A DNA stretch of 39,612 nucleotides from the IMG/VR virus record IMGVR_UViG_3300022758_000169, one strand, 5' to 3'. The first letter of the stretch is position 1. Each line of letters begins with the position of its first letter. The stretch comes from a virus. Taxonomy: Duplodnaviria > Heunggongvirae > Uroviricota > Caudoviricetes. Below the pieces are notes generated by a model. That model saw nothing but the letters and a program-made list of their open reading frames with translations, searched no databases and was not told where the DNA came from. Positions 25,820 through 34,244 of this stretch are shown piece by piece. Made by a program: the position numbers and the translations under genes.

Positions 25820-25972
25820 ATGCAGTGGAAAATCATCAACGGTTGGTACTGCGTTACTGCATGCGGATTCATGAGCTGGAAGTTCCGCACCTTACAGGAA
25901 GGCATTAAGTGGGCTTTCGTCAGCAAAGAAGCTCGCGATGTGGCCAACGATAACGAGATATGGGAGGGCTGA
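25820..25972 (+). CDS. small hypothetical protein (50 aa)
   Basis: SD GAGGTAA then ATG; below the ORF-track size cutoff; stop abuts the next start. Confidence 0.3.
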   Translation: MQWKIINGWYCVTACGFMSWKFRTLQEGIKWAFVSKEARDVANDNEIWEG

Positions 25973-25974
25973 TA

Positions 25975-26274
25975 ATGAACGTTAATCAGCAGAAAAATCT
26001 TCAAAAAATCATGCTGGCATTCGACAAGGACTACCGCCTGTCAGAACAGCTATATGACCGACAAGTTGAACTGATCGATAGCATCCGGCTTCATCAACTG
26101 GCCTCAACTTTTGACGCTGTAACAGGCAAAGGAGTTCGCCAGGAAGTACTGGAGGCTGCTAAAGACAGCCCTGAGTTCGAAGAACTGATGGATGCCTACC
26201 GGCGAGAGGCAATGGCAATTATCGCCCGCTGGGATCTGGCGGATCGGATTGATGGGCAGAGGGAAGCGGCATGA
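25975..26274 (+). CDS. hypothetical protein
   Basis: ATG at 25975; 99-aa ORF; stop overlaps the exonuclease start. Confidence 0.45.
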   Translation: MNVNQQKNLQKIMLAFDKDYRLSEQLYDRQVELIDSIRLHQLASTFDAVTGKGVRQEVLEAAKDSPEFEELMDAYRREAMAIIARWDLADRIDGQREAA

Positions 26275-27092
26275 AACCGGGAATTTATTTCGACATCAGC
26301 AATGAGGACTACCACGCCGGTGACGGCGTGAGTAAGTCGCAACTGGACATGGTTGCCAAGAATCCGGCGCTTCTTAAATGGGTTCAGGCAGCACCAGAAG
26401 ACGAAGAGAAAAAGTCTGCACTGGATATGGGAACCGCATTGCACTGCCTGCTTCTGGAGCCTGGAGAGTTCGACAAACGCTTCATTGTTTCACCGAAATT
26501 CGATCGTCGGACGAAACAAGGTAAAGCTGACGAAGAAGCATTTCTTCGTGATGTAGCGGATATGGGGATTACGGTACTTGATGCCGAGCAGTGGCGGAAA
26601 CTGGAGCTGATGCGTGATAGCGCAATGGCTCACCCGGCGGCACGCTGGATGCTGGAAGCACCTGGTTACTGCGAAGCATCAATGTACTGGAATGATGAAG
26701 AGACTGGTGAGTTGTGCCGCATTCGTCCAGACAAATGGCTGAACGAGCACAACGTGATCGTCGACGTGAAAAAGGTTGCAGATATGGACCGTTTTGCACG
26801 CCACATCGAGGAATTCCGCTACCACGTGCAGGACGCAATGTACCGCGAAGGCGCAATGAGGGTTACTGGTCAGCCGCATGGTTTTTTCTTTCTTGCCGTG
26901 AGCGAAAGCATTGATTGTGGTCGGTATCCGGTACGCGTGTTCGAGCTGGATGCGCCGGATGTCGATGCCGGGCACGCTCTGTTCCGCCGGGATCTGAATA
27001 CCTATCACGAATGCCGCATCAACGATGAGTGGGGCGGAGTGGAAATTATTAAACGCCCTGACTGGGCACGTAAACAGGATATGTACGTATGA
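26271..27092 (+). CDS. RecE-like exonuclease (PD-(D/E)XK)
   Basis: Strong similarity to the recalled RecE catalytic domain: PGIYFDISNEDYHAG...GTALHCLLLEP...RIRPDK...VIVDVKK...YHVQDA. Confidence 0.75.
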   Translation: MKPGIYFDISNEDYHAGDGVSKSQLDMVAKNPALLKWVQAAPEDEEKKSALDMGTALHCLLLEPGEFDKRFIVSPKFDRRTKQGKADEEAFLRDVADMGITVLDAEQWRKLELMRDSAMAHPAARWMLEAPGYCEASMYWNDEETGELCRIRPDKWLNEHNVIVDVKKVADMDRFARHIEEFRYHVQDAMYREGAMRVTGQPHGFFFLAVSESIDCGRYPVRVFELDAPDVDAGHALFRRDLNTYHECRINDEWGGVEIIKRPDWARKQDMYV

Positions 27093-27463
27093 GCAATGAT
27101 ATCGCAATCACATCACAACCAGGCGCAACTGTAGGTACTGCTGCGGCAATCTTCAGCCCGGAGGGCATGAATCAACTGGTGCGTTTCGCGGAGTTGATGT
27201 CACAAAGCAAAGCGACTGTACCGAAACATCTTGAAGGCAAACCTGCCGATTGTCTGGCGGTGACCATGCAGGCGGCACAGTGGGGAATGAACCCTTTCGC
27301 CGTGGCGCAGAAAACGCATGTGGTAAACGGAACGTTAGGCTACGAAGCACAGTTGGTAAACGCGGTCGTATCCTCTTCCAGCCTGCTAGCGACACGCCTG
27401 AATTATCGCTGGAGCGGTGACTGGTCGAATGTTAACGGCAAACAGATAAATCACCGAATCTGA
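27089..27463 (+). CDS. single-strand annealing protein (Bet/RecT-like), N-terminal fragment
   Basis: Motif WGMNPF; ends in a stop while the adjacent frame continues the homology. Confidence 0.5.
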   Translation: MSNDIAITSQPGATVGTAAAIFSPEGMNQLVRFAELMSQSKATVPKHLEGKPADCLAVTMQAAQWGMNPFAVAQKTHVVNGTLGYEAQLVNAVVSSSSLLATRLNYRWSGDWSNVNGKQINHRI

Positions 27464-27471
27464 CGGTAACT

Positions 27472-27969
27472 GTGTCAGCAGTTCTTAAAGGAGAAGCAGA
27501 ACCCCGTGAGCTTACCATCAGTATGGCGCAAGCCGGAGTGCGTAACTCTCCATTGTGGGAACAGGATCCGCGCCAGCAGCTTGCCTATCTTTGCACGAAA
27601 CGATGGGCTCGCCTGCACGCTCCTGATGTGCTTCTCGGTGTTTACACCCCTGACGAATTACAGGAAACGGCACCGCGCGTTGAGCGAGACATTACTCCGC
27701 AAACGACTACTGCTGCGGGAATGAACAGTCTGATCAACGCTAAACCAGTGAAAAAGCATGATGAGCAAACGCGTAAAGCGGATAGCCGTGATCCAGAAGA
27801 AATGCTGATGGCCTTTACCAGCGCAGCGATGAATTACAGCACTGTCTCCGAACTGGATAAGGCTTACAAATACATTGCACAAAAACTTTCAGATGATGAC
27901 GAACTGCTGGCAAAAGCCACCGACGTTTACAGCGTTCGTCGGGAAGAATTAAACGAAACATCTATGTAA
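27472..27969 (+). CDS. single-strand annealing protein (Bet/RecT-like), C-terminal fragment in a different frame
   Basis: Contains ERDITP and surrounding similarity to recalled lambda Bet; frame is open upstream to 27436, overlapping the previous ORF. Confidence 0.5.
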   Translation: MSAVLKGEAEPRELTISMAQAGVRNSPLWEQDPRQQLAYLCTKRWARLHAPDVLLGVYTPDELQETAPRVERDITPQTTTAAGMNSLINAKPVKKHDEQTRKADSRDPEEMLMAFTSAAMNYSTVSELDKAYKYIAQKLSDDDELLAKATDVYSVRREELNETSM

Positions 27970-28018
27970 CCACCACCGCGGCGCCACACGCGCCGCACTG
28001 CAACCAAGAGAGGTATTT

Positions 28019-28267
28019 ATGAAAGGTGCATTAGGTAAGAAGGAACTCCTGGCGGTGGTGCCACTGTCATGGAGCACTATCGACCGTATGGAGCGCGCAG
28101 GGGAATTTCCTAAACGCTGGTATATCACTGACAAACGCTGCGCATGGAACCGTGACGAAGTTGAGCGTTGGCTTGATGAACGTCAGGCAGCAAGCCCGGC
28201 AGAGTTCCAGGGTAAAAAACCTCCTGTTCAGCAACGTGTATATCGTCCCGTGAGCAACGCTGCATGA
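28019..28267 (+). CDS. AlpA-family small DNA-binding protein (excisionase-like)
   Basis: SD GAGAGG; 82-aa ORF with pattern STIDRMERAGEFPKRWYITDKRCAWNRDEVERWL. Confidence 0.65.
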   Translation: MKGALGKKELLAVVPLSWSTIDRMERAGEFPKRWYITDKRCAWNRDEVERWLDERQAASPAEFQGKKPPVQQRVYRPVSNAA

Positions 28268-28424
28268 GTGCGCTGCTAAGGCACTGGATCAAATGGTCAG
28301 GATGGTACTTATTCCTGGCCTCTGTTTCAGCATGGCTTTATCTGCTGGCATTAATTTTCAGAGAGGGTTGGATTAAGTGAGAAAGTTAAGCCGACTTGAA
28401 AAATATCACATGAATAAGGTTTCA

Positions 28425-28676
28425 ATGCGCAGTCCGTCAAAGATTGTCGCCGTTACTCCTGCGGCGATAGAGATCGAAAAACGCGCGATTGAAAGAGAGA
28501 AAAAAGGGCAGTTCCGCATTGCCGCTCACCTTTGGCTTCAGTGTATGGATGTTGCTTCTGGTGATGTTGAGCGTGCAAGGATCGCGGTTCGCAGGGACCA
28601 ATGTATCACAAAAGGTAACGGCCTTCGCCGTGGAGACTATAGCGGTATAGGATGTTGCGGGGTGGTTTATGACTAA
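28425..28676 (+). CDS. hypothetical protein
   Basis: ATG at 28425 with AAGG upstream; stop overlaps the methyltransferase start. Confidence 0.4.
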   Translation: MRSPSKIVAVTPAAIEIEKRAIEREKKGQFRIAAHLWLQCMDVASGDVERARIAVRRDQCITKGNGLRRGDYSGIGCCGVVYD

Positions 28677-29319
28677 GAAATACACACTAATCTATGCAGA
28701 TCCACCCTGGGTATACCGGGACAAAGCCGCAGATGGTAATCGCGGTGCCGGTTTTAAATATCCGGTTATGAGTGTGATGGATATCTGCCGCCTTCCTGTG
28801 TGGGATTTGGCCGATGAAAACTGTCTGTTGGCCATGTGGTGGGTGCCAACACAACCACTCGAAGCACTAAAAGTTGTTGAAGCCTGGGGGTTCCGTCTGA
28901 TGACCATGAAGGGCTTCACGTGGATAAAATGTGGTAGTCGACAACCAGATAAACTGGTTATGGGTATGGGACACATGACTCGCGCCAATAGTGAAGATTG
29001 CCTGTTTGCAGTTAAGGGAAAACTACCTCCGCGCATTAATGCAGGGATCGTTCAGTCATTTACCGCACCGCGGCTTGAGCATTCAAGAAAACCAGATGTC
29101 GTTCGTGAAAAACTTGTGCAATTGTTAGGCGATGTTTCTCGCATTGAACTGTTCGCCCGCCAGACGTCTCATGGCTTCGATGTTTGGGGTAATCAGTGCG
29201 AAGACCCGGCAGTGCAACTACACCCCGGATACGCGTTGGATATTGGCGGATTAACAAATGCATTCAGCAATGCTCCGCTGTCACCAACAGACAACCAGGG
29301 ACGGGAGCGTGCAGCATGA
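28669..29319 (+). CDS. MT-A70-family N6-adenine DNA methyltransferase
   Basis: Catalytic motif IYADPPW near the N-terminus; 216 aa. Confidence 0.75.
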   Translation: MTKKYTLIYADPPWVYRDKAADGNRGAGFKYPVMSVMDICRLPVWDLADENCLLAMWWVPTQPLEALKVVEAWGFRLMTMKGFTWIKCGSRQPDKLVMGMGHMTRANSEDCLFAVKGKLPPRINAGIVQSFTAPRLEHSRKPDVVREKLVQLLGDVSRIELFARQTSHGFDVWGNQCEDPAVQLHPGYALDIGGLTNAFSNAPLSPTDNQGRERAA

Positions 29320-29564
29320 AGCAGATTATGGTTGCACACAACGGCGTCAGGTTTGAAGTCGTCATGGTTTTGACTAAGTTCCACAATGATGAGGTATTGC
29401 ACAGAAAAGAAACTGTAACTTACCGTTATAAACACCGCAGTTCAGCTGTTAGAAAATTACGGAAGATTGCGGAAGAACTAAAAAATGATCCTCATCGTGT
29501 TATTGAGGTAAAAGGCAACCCATATAAAATCAAAACTTCAGTGGAGCTAAGACATATGCAATAA
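29316..29564 (+). CDS. hypothetical protein
   Basis: ATGA overlap with the methyltransferase stop; 82-aa ORF. Confidence 0.45.
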   Translation: MKQIMVAHNGVRFEVVMVLTKFHNDEVLHRKETVTYRYKHRSSAVRKLRKIAEELKNDPHRVIEVKGNPYKIKTSVELRHMQ

Positions 29565-29888
29565 AATCACGCCTGACGAATCGCGATTATCTCGCTATTG
29601 GTATTGCAGAGATTGCTGGACTCAATGGCGCATGATTTGACAATGCCGCCAGAGCTATCGCATACTGACCGCACTAGAAAACAAACAGCGGTCATCCGCA
29701 CCCGATAGCTTTGCGGCTTTTTTATGCCTGCAATCTGGCATAGTCACATCCGTACAAAGGTCGGGTGGAGAGGCGTAATACAACACCCGAAAGGGGAATA
29801 TGCCCGGAGCTACTGTTTGTGCTCTAGTTGACACCCGATCACCAGCTACTAACTGGTTTTCGTAACTAAAAACAAACAGGAGGTCATC

Positions 29889-30545
29889 ATGACCAGTCAA
29901 CTCATCCCCGTATTCAACGGCACTATATCTAACGAAACAGCCCTACTTTGTAATGCCCGCGATCTGCACGCTTTTTTAGGTGTTAAAAAGGTGTTTGCAG
30001 CATGGATTACAAATCGCATATCAGAATACGAATTCATTGAAAATCAAGACTATATTTTGCTTTCCAATTTGGGAAAGCAAACATCTGGTAGAGGCGGCCA
30101 CAACCGCAAAGAGTACCACCTCACCCTTGATACAGCCAAAGAGCTGGCGATGGTCGAGCGTAACGAAAAAGGTCGCCAGGTGCGACGCTACTTCATTGAA
30201 TGCGAGAAACGTTTAAGACAACAAGAAACAAAAGTGGAGAAGGTCTTGTCAGGCTTCATGCCCGCCATTATGGAGGCGATCAAGCTGGAAGACAAAAAAG
30301 AATACAGTGCCCCACTGAAGCCCGGCTACCGCAGCCTGATTCACTCGCCGTCTGGTGTTCTCGGCCTGACGGAGCACTCACTGCTGATGAATCTGCTGAA
30401 CCAGTTACAGGACGACGGGCACGACGTATCGGGCGCGGCGGCGGAGCTGACCACCATGTTCTGCTACATCGTCGGTGTGAGCAAATGCCTGCGTGATATC
30501 CAGACTCACGCGGAGTACATCAACGACAAGGCAGGGTTCTTCTGA
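29889..30545 (+). CDS. antirepressor (AntA/KilA-N-like N-terminal domain plus shared C-terminal module)
   Basis: Strong SD AGGAGG; C-terminal 68 aa nearly identical at DNA level to the two terminal copies. Confidence 0.7.
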   Translation: MTSQLIPVFNGTISNETALLCNARDLHAFLGVKKVFAAWITNRISEYEFIENQDYILLSNLGKQTSGRGGHNRKEYHLTLDTAKELAMVERNEKGRQVRRYFIECEKRLRQQETKVEKVLSGFMPAIMEAIKLEDKKEYSAPLKPGYRSLIHSPSGVLGLTEHSLLMNLLNQLQDDGHDVSGAAAELTTMFCYIVGVSKCLRDIQTHAEYINDKAGFF

Positions 30546-30578
30546 CAGAACGGCGGCACAGGGATGTGTCGGGCAAAA

Positions 30579-31829
30579 TTATTCCCCCGCTATCCACTTC
30601 TCAAACTTCGACGGGGAGAACGGAATCAGATCTGTATGCTCCCCGTTAATCCAGGAATCAATCATATCGGCCCACTGCTGCAACATGTAGGCGCGCTGTC
30701 TGGCGTATTCCGCTTTGTTATATACGGCGCGCACACCTTTCTGCTCATGTGCCAGAGCCTTTTCAATCCAGTCTGAAGGATAACCAGCCTCATGCAACAA
30801 CGTACTGGCTGTACGGCGCATATCATGTACAGTGAAGTCCTGAATATGCTCACCATCTTCATTTATTATTTTCACCGTTCTGTCGATCAGAGAGTTCAGC
30901 GCGGCATTAGATAATGGCTTCCGGAAATTGTAACGACCAGGAACCAGATATTCACTTCCACCAGCGCACATCTGCAACCCGACCAATATATCCTGTGCCT
31001 GTTTAGGCAGGTAAATAACGTGCGCCCGGCTTCCCTTCATGCGGTCTGGAGGAATTGTCCATGTCCATTTTTTAAAATCTATTTCATCCCACGTTGCATT
31101 GGTGAATTCGCCCTTACGAACCATAGTGATAAGCACCAGTTTTAAAGCCATTTTCATAGTGCCCATAGCACCAATGGCATCCAGCGTACGGAAGAACAGG
31201 CCAATTTCTTCTGGTGTCAGTGTTCGCTCTCGTGGTTTAAATATGGCGATAGACGAAGGTTTAATGTCAGCCGCAGGATTAAACAAACCATGACCACGGT
31301 CATTGGCGTGACGGTATACGCTGCTGATGATCTCCCTTGCCTGTACTGCTGTTGCCCGACCACCGCGTTCGACAATCCGGTCACACAAATCACGAACCAT
31401 CGATGTGGTAATTTCAGCCATCATTTTGTTGCCAAGAACCGGAAGTATGTCACGGTCGATCACTGCCTGCTTCATTGCGCGGGTACTTTCAGCCAGGATG
31501 ACGTGTTTCATATAACTGTCGGTATGTACCGCAAACGTCTCGGCACCACGAATCTTTTTGATACCGTCACGTTTAGCCGCAGCCGGCGACTGGCCTGCTT
31601 TAAGCAGCTTCTTTGCAGCAATCAGTTCTTCTCGCGCTTCTGCCAGGCTGATACCGTCACGCCCATACTGCCCGATTACCAGTGTTTCGCGGCGACCGTT
31701 GATACGGTAGTCATAGCGAAACGAGGCCGTGCCTGACGTAAGCACAGCTACATACAGCCCGTCACGATCGGAGACCTTGTACAGTTTGTCCTGCGGCTTG
31801 AGGTTTTTTAATTTTGTATCGGTAAGCAC
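30579..31829 (-). CDS. int: tyrosine integrase
   Basis: 416-aa ORF; N-terminus MLTDTKLKNLKPQDKLYKVSDRDGLY; catalytic motifs HDMRRT and AVYNKAEY near the C-terminus; apparent GTG start. Confidence 0.85.
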   Translation of the reverse strand: MLTDTKLKNLKPQDKLYKVSDRDGLYVAVLTSGTASFRYDYRINGRRETLVIGQYGRDGISLAEAREELIAAKKLLKAGQSPAAAKRDGIKKIRGAETFAVHTDSYMKHVILAESTRAMKQAVIDRDILPVLGNKMMAEITTSMVRDLCDRIVERGGRATAVQAREIISSVYRHANDRGHGLFNPAADIKPSSIAIFKPRERTLTPEEIGLFFRTLDAIGAMGTMKMALKLVLITMVRKGEFTNATWDEIDFKKWTWTIPPDRMKGSRAHVIYLPKQAQDILVGLQMCAGGSEYLVPGRYNFRKPLSNAALNSLIDRTVKIINEDGEHIQDFTVHDMRRTASTLLHEAGYPSDWIEKALAHEQKGVRAVYNKAEYARQRAYMLQQWADMIDSWINGEHTDLIPFSPSKFEKWIAGE

Positions 31830-31871
31830 AATTCACCCGTATAGAAACCATTTTCATGACGGTATGAGAGT

Positions 31872-31886
31872 ATACCTTTAAGGTAA
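31872..31886. promoter_or_regulatory. operator-like palindrome (imperfect) ATACCTTTAAGGTAA upstream of int
   Basis: About 45 bp upstream of the integrase start. Confidence 0.4.
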
Positions 31887-31937
31887 TACCGTCACCTGTA
31901 CCGCAGAAAAATATGGTGTAGAGTGAATAGAAATGAA

Positions 31938-31974
31938 TACATAAAAACAAAAACCCTCTGTAAAAACAGAGGGT
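31938..31974 (-). terminator. rho-independent terminator after the lysis cassette
   Basis: 9-bp stem AACCCTCTG/CAGAGGGTT followed by a U-rich tract on the minus strand. Confidence 0.55.
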
Positions 31975-32123
31975 TGAATTAGTATCTGAATAGGAATGAC
32001 TTGCTATGAGTTAGCTGTTAATCATTCCCACTCAATTATTTACGACAACCATAACCAATTGACTGATAACATTTTTCCAAACCTCAACTTTTCCCGTACC
32101 GTTTTATATACCGTCACCGGAAA

Positions 32124-32621
32124 TCAGTGCCACGATTTTTTCTTCTTCAGTGAATCGTATTGCTGCTCGCAGAATTCCCCTGCGATACGATACTTTTCAG
32201 CCTCAGCTGCTGTTGCGTTGTAAACTCGGTTGCTTTCTTCAAGCATGTCGGCGAGCACACCGATGACCTTGCTGGCTGGCGTGCCAGGGGGGAAAGATCC
32301 GGTATAGTGTTCGGCGAGCCGCCTGGTTTTGTCAAGCTCGGCGCGCATGCTGTCAGCAGCGGAATTAGCATACTCAGCATCAGCACGCGCCGCATCGATA
32401 CGGGATTGTGCTTCACGTTCAATTTGTGTTTTCTCCTGCTCACGCTGTGACCTTAACTTATCATCAGCCTGTTTCTGATCTTCCTTCGCCTGCGCATACC
32501 CGGCATCGTACTGACGGATGCCGTGCACATTCCAGGCAACAACTCCTGATATGACCAGAACAGCAAGCATCGCCACGATAAGTAACTGTTTACGGTATGC
32601 TTTTACAAATGCCCAGATCAT
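32124..32621 (-). CDS. i-spanin (Rz-like)
   Basis: N-terminal TM helix, long charged coiled-coil body; immediately downstream of endolysin with ATGA overlap. Confidence 0.6.
   Translation of the reverse strand: MIWAFVKAYRKQLLIVAMLAVLVISGVVAWNVHGIRQYDAGYAQAKEDQKQADDKLRSQREQEKTQIEREAQSRIDAARADAEYANSAADSMRAELDKTRRLAEHYTGSFPPGTPASKVIGVLADMLEESNRVYNATAAEAEKYRIAGEFCEQQYDSLKKKKSWH
32147..32395 (-). CDS. o-spanin (Rz1-like) embedded in a different frame
   Basis: Lipoprotein signal with lipobox LLTAC, Pro-rich mature part, fully inside the i-spanin gene. Confidence 0.5.
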   Translation of the reverse strand: MRRVLMLSMLIPLLTACAPSLTKPGGSPNTIPDLSPLARQPARSSVCSPTCLKKATEFTTQQQLRLKSIVSQGNSASSNTIH

Positions 32622-33247
32622 ACCGCCAGTACCTTACTTGCTGTGATGTACCGCGCACGCCGGTCGTCGATACCGTTTCTGCCACCATTGATAATCAGAG
32701 TTACACGTACAATATCGCCGGTATACTTCATGCATCCTTTGCTGGCGAAGAACCACGCCGCGCTACGAGCCGCATATTCGTCCTGCGCCAGCAGTTCAGG
32801 GCTCTCCAGCAGGTCAACCTTCAGACCGTTTCCGCAATCACGATAGTTATTCAAACCGGTAATCTGGATAAGTCCGCGCCCTCGGTAATTCCAGCCATCA
32901 CCAGGGGCATTGTTCCCCATGCGTTTGCTGTATACCAGATTTGCGATCGCGCGCTGGCGCTCAAGTGGCAATGGTGGTTCACCAGCACGGCGCCCCAGTG
33001 CATTAGCCTGCCCCTGAGTGAGACGCCCAGCCCGAACGAAGTTAGCCAGTCCGCTGACACTGTAGTTGAAATTCTCCTGCAACCTGGTGAAGCTCCCAGA
33101 CTCATGCCCGACTTGAGCAATAAACATTGCCTGATCTTCTGCTTTGCTGATACCAAACTCTTTCATCGCAGAAGTTATATGCGAGAACCAGCGTGCGGCC
33201 AGTGCCTCGCTGATACCAGCAGCTCGCTGGAATTGTTTAATCTCCAT
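32618..33247 (-). CDS. endolysin, glycoside hydrolase family 19-like
   Basis: Start MEIKQFQ at 33247; motifs [10 protein letters not shown] and [11 protein letters not shown]. Confidence 0.75.
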   Translation of the reverse strand: MEIKQFQRAAGISEALAARWFSHITSAMKEFGISKAEDQAMFIAQVGHESGSFTRLQENFNYSVSGLANFVRAGRLTQGQANALGRRAGEPPLPLERQRAIANLVYSKRMGNNAPGDGWNYRGRGLIQITGLNNYRDCGNGLKVDLLESPELLAQDEYAARSAAWFFASKGCMKYTGDIVRVTLIINGGRNGIDDRRARYITASKVLAV

Positions 33248-33545
33248 GTTTAGACCTCGATACTTTAAAAATTTGAACGACGTTACCGCGCGTTTTAATA
33301 ACCGCAGCCAGCATGACAGCGTTGATAATGACCTCAGATAAATCCACAGCCATTGGCGTACGTAACCAGATTGCATAGGCGACTCGAACAGGAATACTGG
33401 CCGCAGCAACAATCAGGAAATAAGCAAGCCATCCTCCCCACCTTCGATGTTGAGAGCCGTTACGCCGGAATGTGACAACGCGAATTGCTATGCCAGTGCA
33501 AATAACTGCATTGGTGATAAGCAAAAAAAACTCATGCGTTACCAT
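33237..33545 (-). CDS. membrane protein (holin or antiholin candidate)
   Basis: 102-aa ORF with predicted TM segments between holin and endolysin. Confidence 0.45.
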   Translation of the reverse strand: MVTHEFFLLITNAVICTGIAIRVVTFRRNGSQHRRWGGWLAYFLIVAAASIPVRVAYAIWLRTPMAVDLSEVIINAVMLAAVIKTRGNVVQIFKVSRSKHGD

Positions 33546-33936
33546 CGTCTTTTCTCCCCGGAATTAACTCGCGTGGATTATCGGAACGGTGATAGAGCCA
33601 TATACCAATACGCACAGCGACAATTGCTGACACGAATGCGCCTGCAGAGAAAACAATCCCTTTTTCAAAAGAGTCCTGCGTGATGGTAGGGATCAGGCTG
33701 GCTATGCCGATAAGAATTGATGCTGCTGGTTTGTAAAAGAGAAGGCCACAAAGAAAGCTGAGCATCGAAAGGAGCACCCGGCGACGGATGGGGTACTCTA
33801 CTGCAGAGGTAACAAAAATTACCGCCCCAGCCAAAGCCCCTAAAGCAACCTCCGGAGGGACACCTGCAATAACCGCAGCAAGAGAACCAAAACTAAGCAA
33901 CTGATTTAATTGCTCACTTGTTACTTGAGCAGACAT
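33532..33936 (-). CDS. holin candidate
   Basis: SD AGGAGAAAG; 134-aa ORF with several predicted TM helices; first gene of the lysis cassette. Confidence 0.55.
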   Translation of the reverse strand: MSAQVTSEQLNQLLSFGSLAAVIAGVPPEVALGALAGAVIFVTSAVEYPIRRRVLLSMLSFLCGLLFYKPAASILIGIASLIPTITQDSFEKGIVFSAGAFVSAIVAVRIGIWLYHRSDNPRELIPGRKDDGNA

Positions 33937-34217
33937 ACTTTCTCCTGTTTACTATCTATAAGCCAGTCAATTATTGATGACTAACCCCGCATAGTAAACC
34001 ATATATGAATCATTATTGTTCCATATCATATATCTCAATAAAAGTACTAATGATTTTACAGAACGAGCCAGCAGAGTGGGGGCAGTTGTACAGGAACCAT
34101 AGACTTAATTTTGTATTTAATAATGCTATGGTGTAATAAACCTGAACATGTATTTAAAATACGTACTGATTCATGATAGAATTCAAAGATAACTTTTCAC
34201 CAACTCCGTTTTTGATA

Positions 34218-34244
34218 CCCGCAATATTTTGCGGGCTTTTTTTT
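34218..34244 (+). terminator. plus-strand intrinsic terminator with no annotated upstream plus-strand gene
   Basis: CCCGCAA-uauu-UUGCGGG followed by U8; overlaps the tailspike stop codon on the other strand. Confidence 0.45.

Noticed and set aside
31830-32123. attP core in the spacer upstream of int
   Set aside because: The region holds an operator-like site and the lysis-cassette terminator, but I could not identify a tRNA 3'-end-like core or flanking arm repeats by eye; attP stays unassigned.
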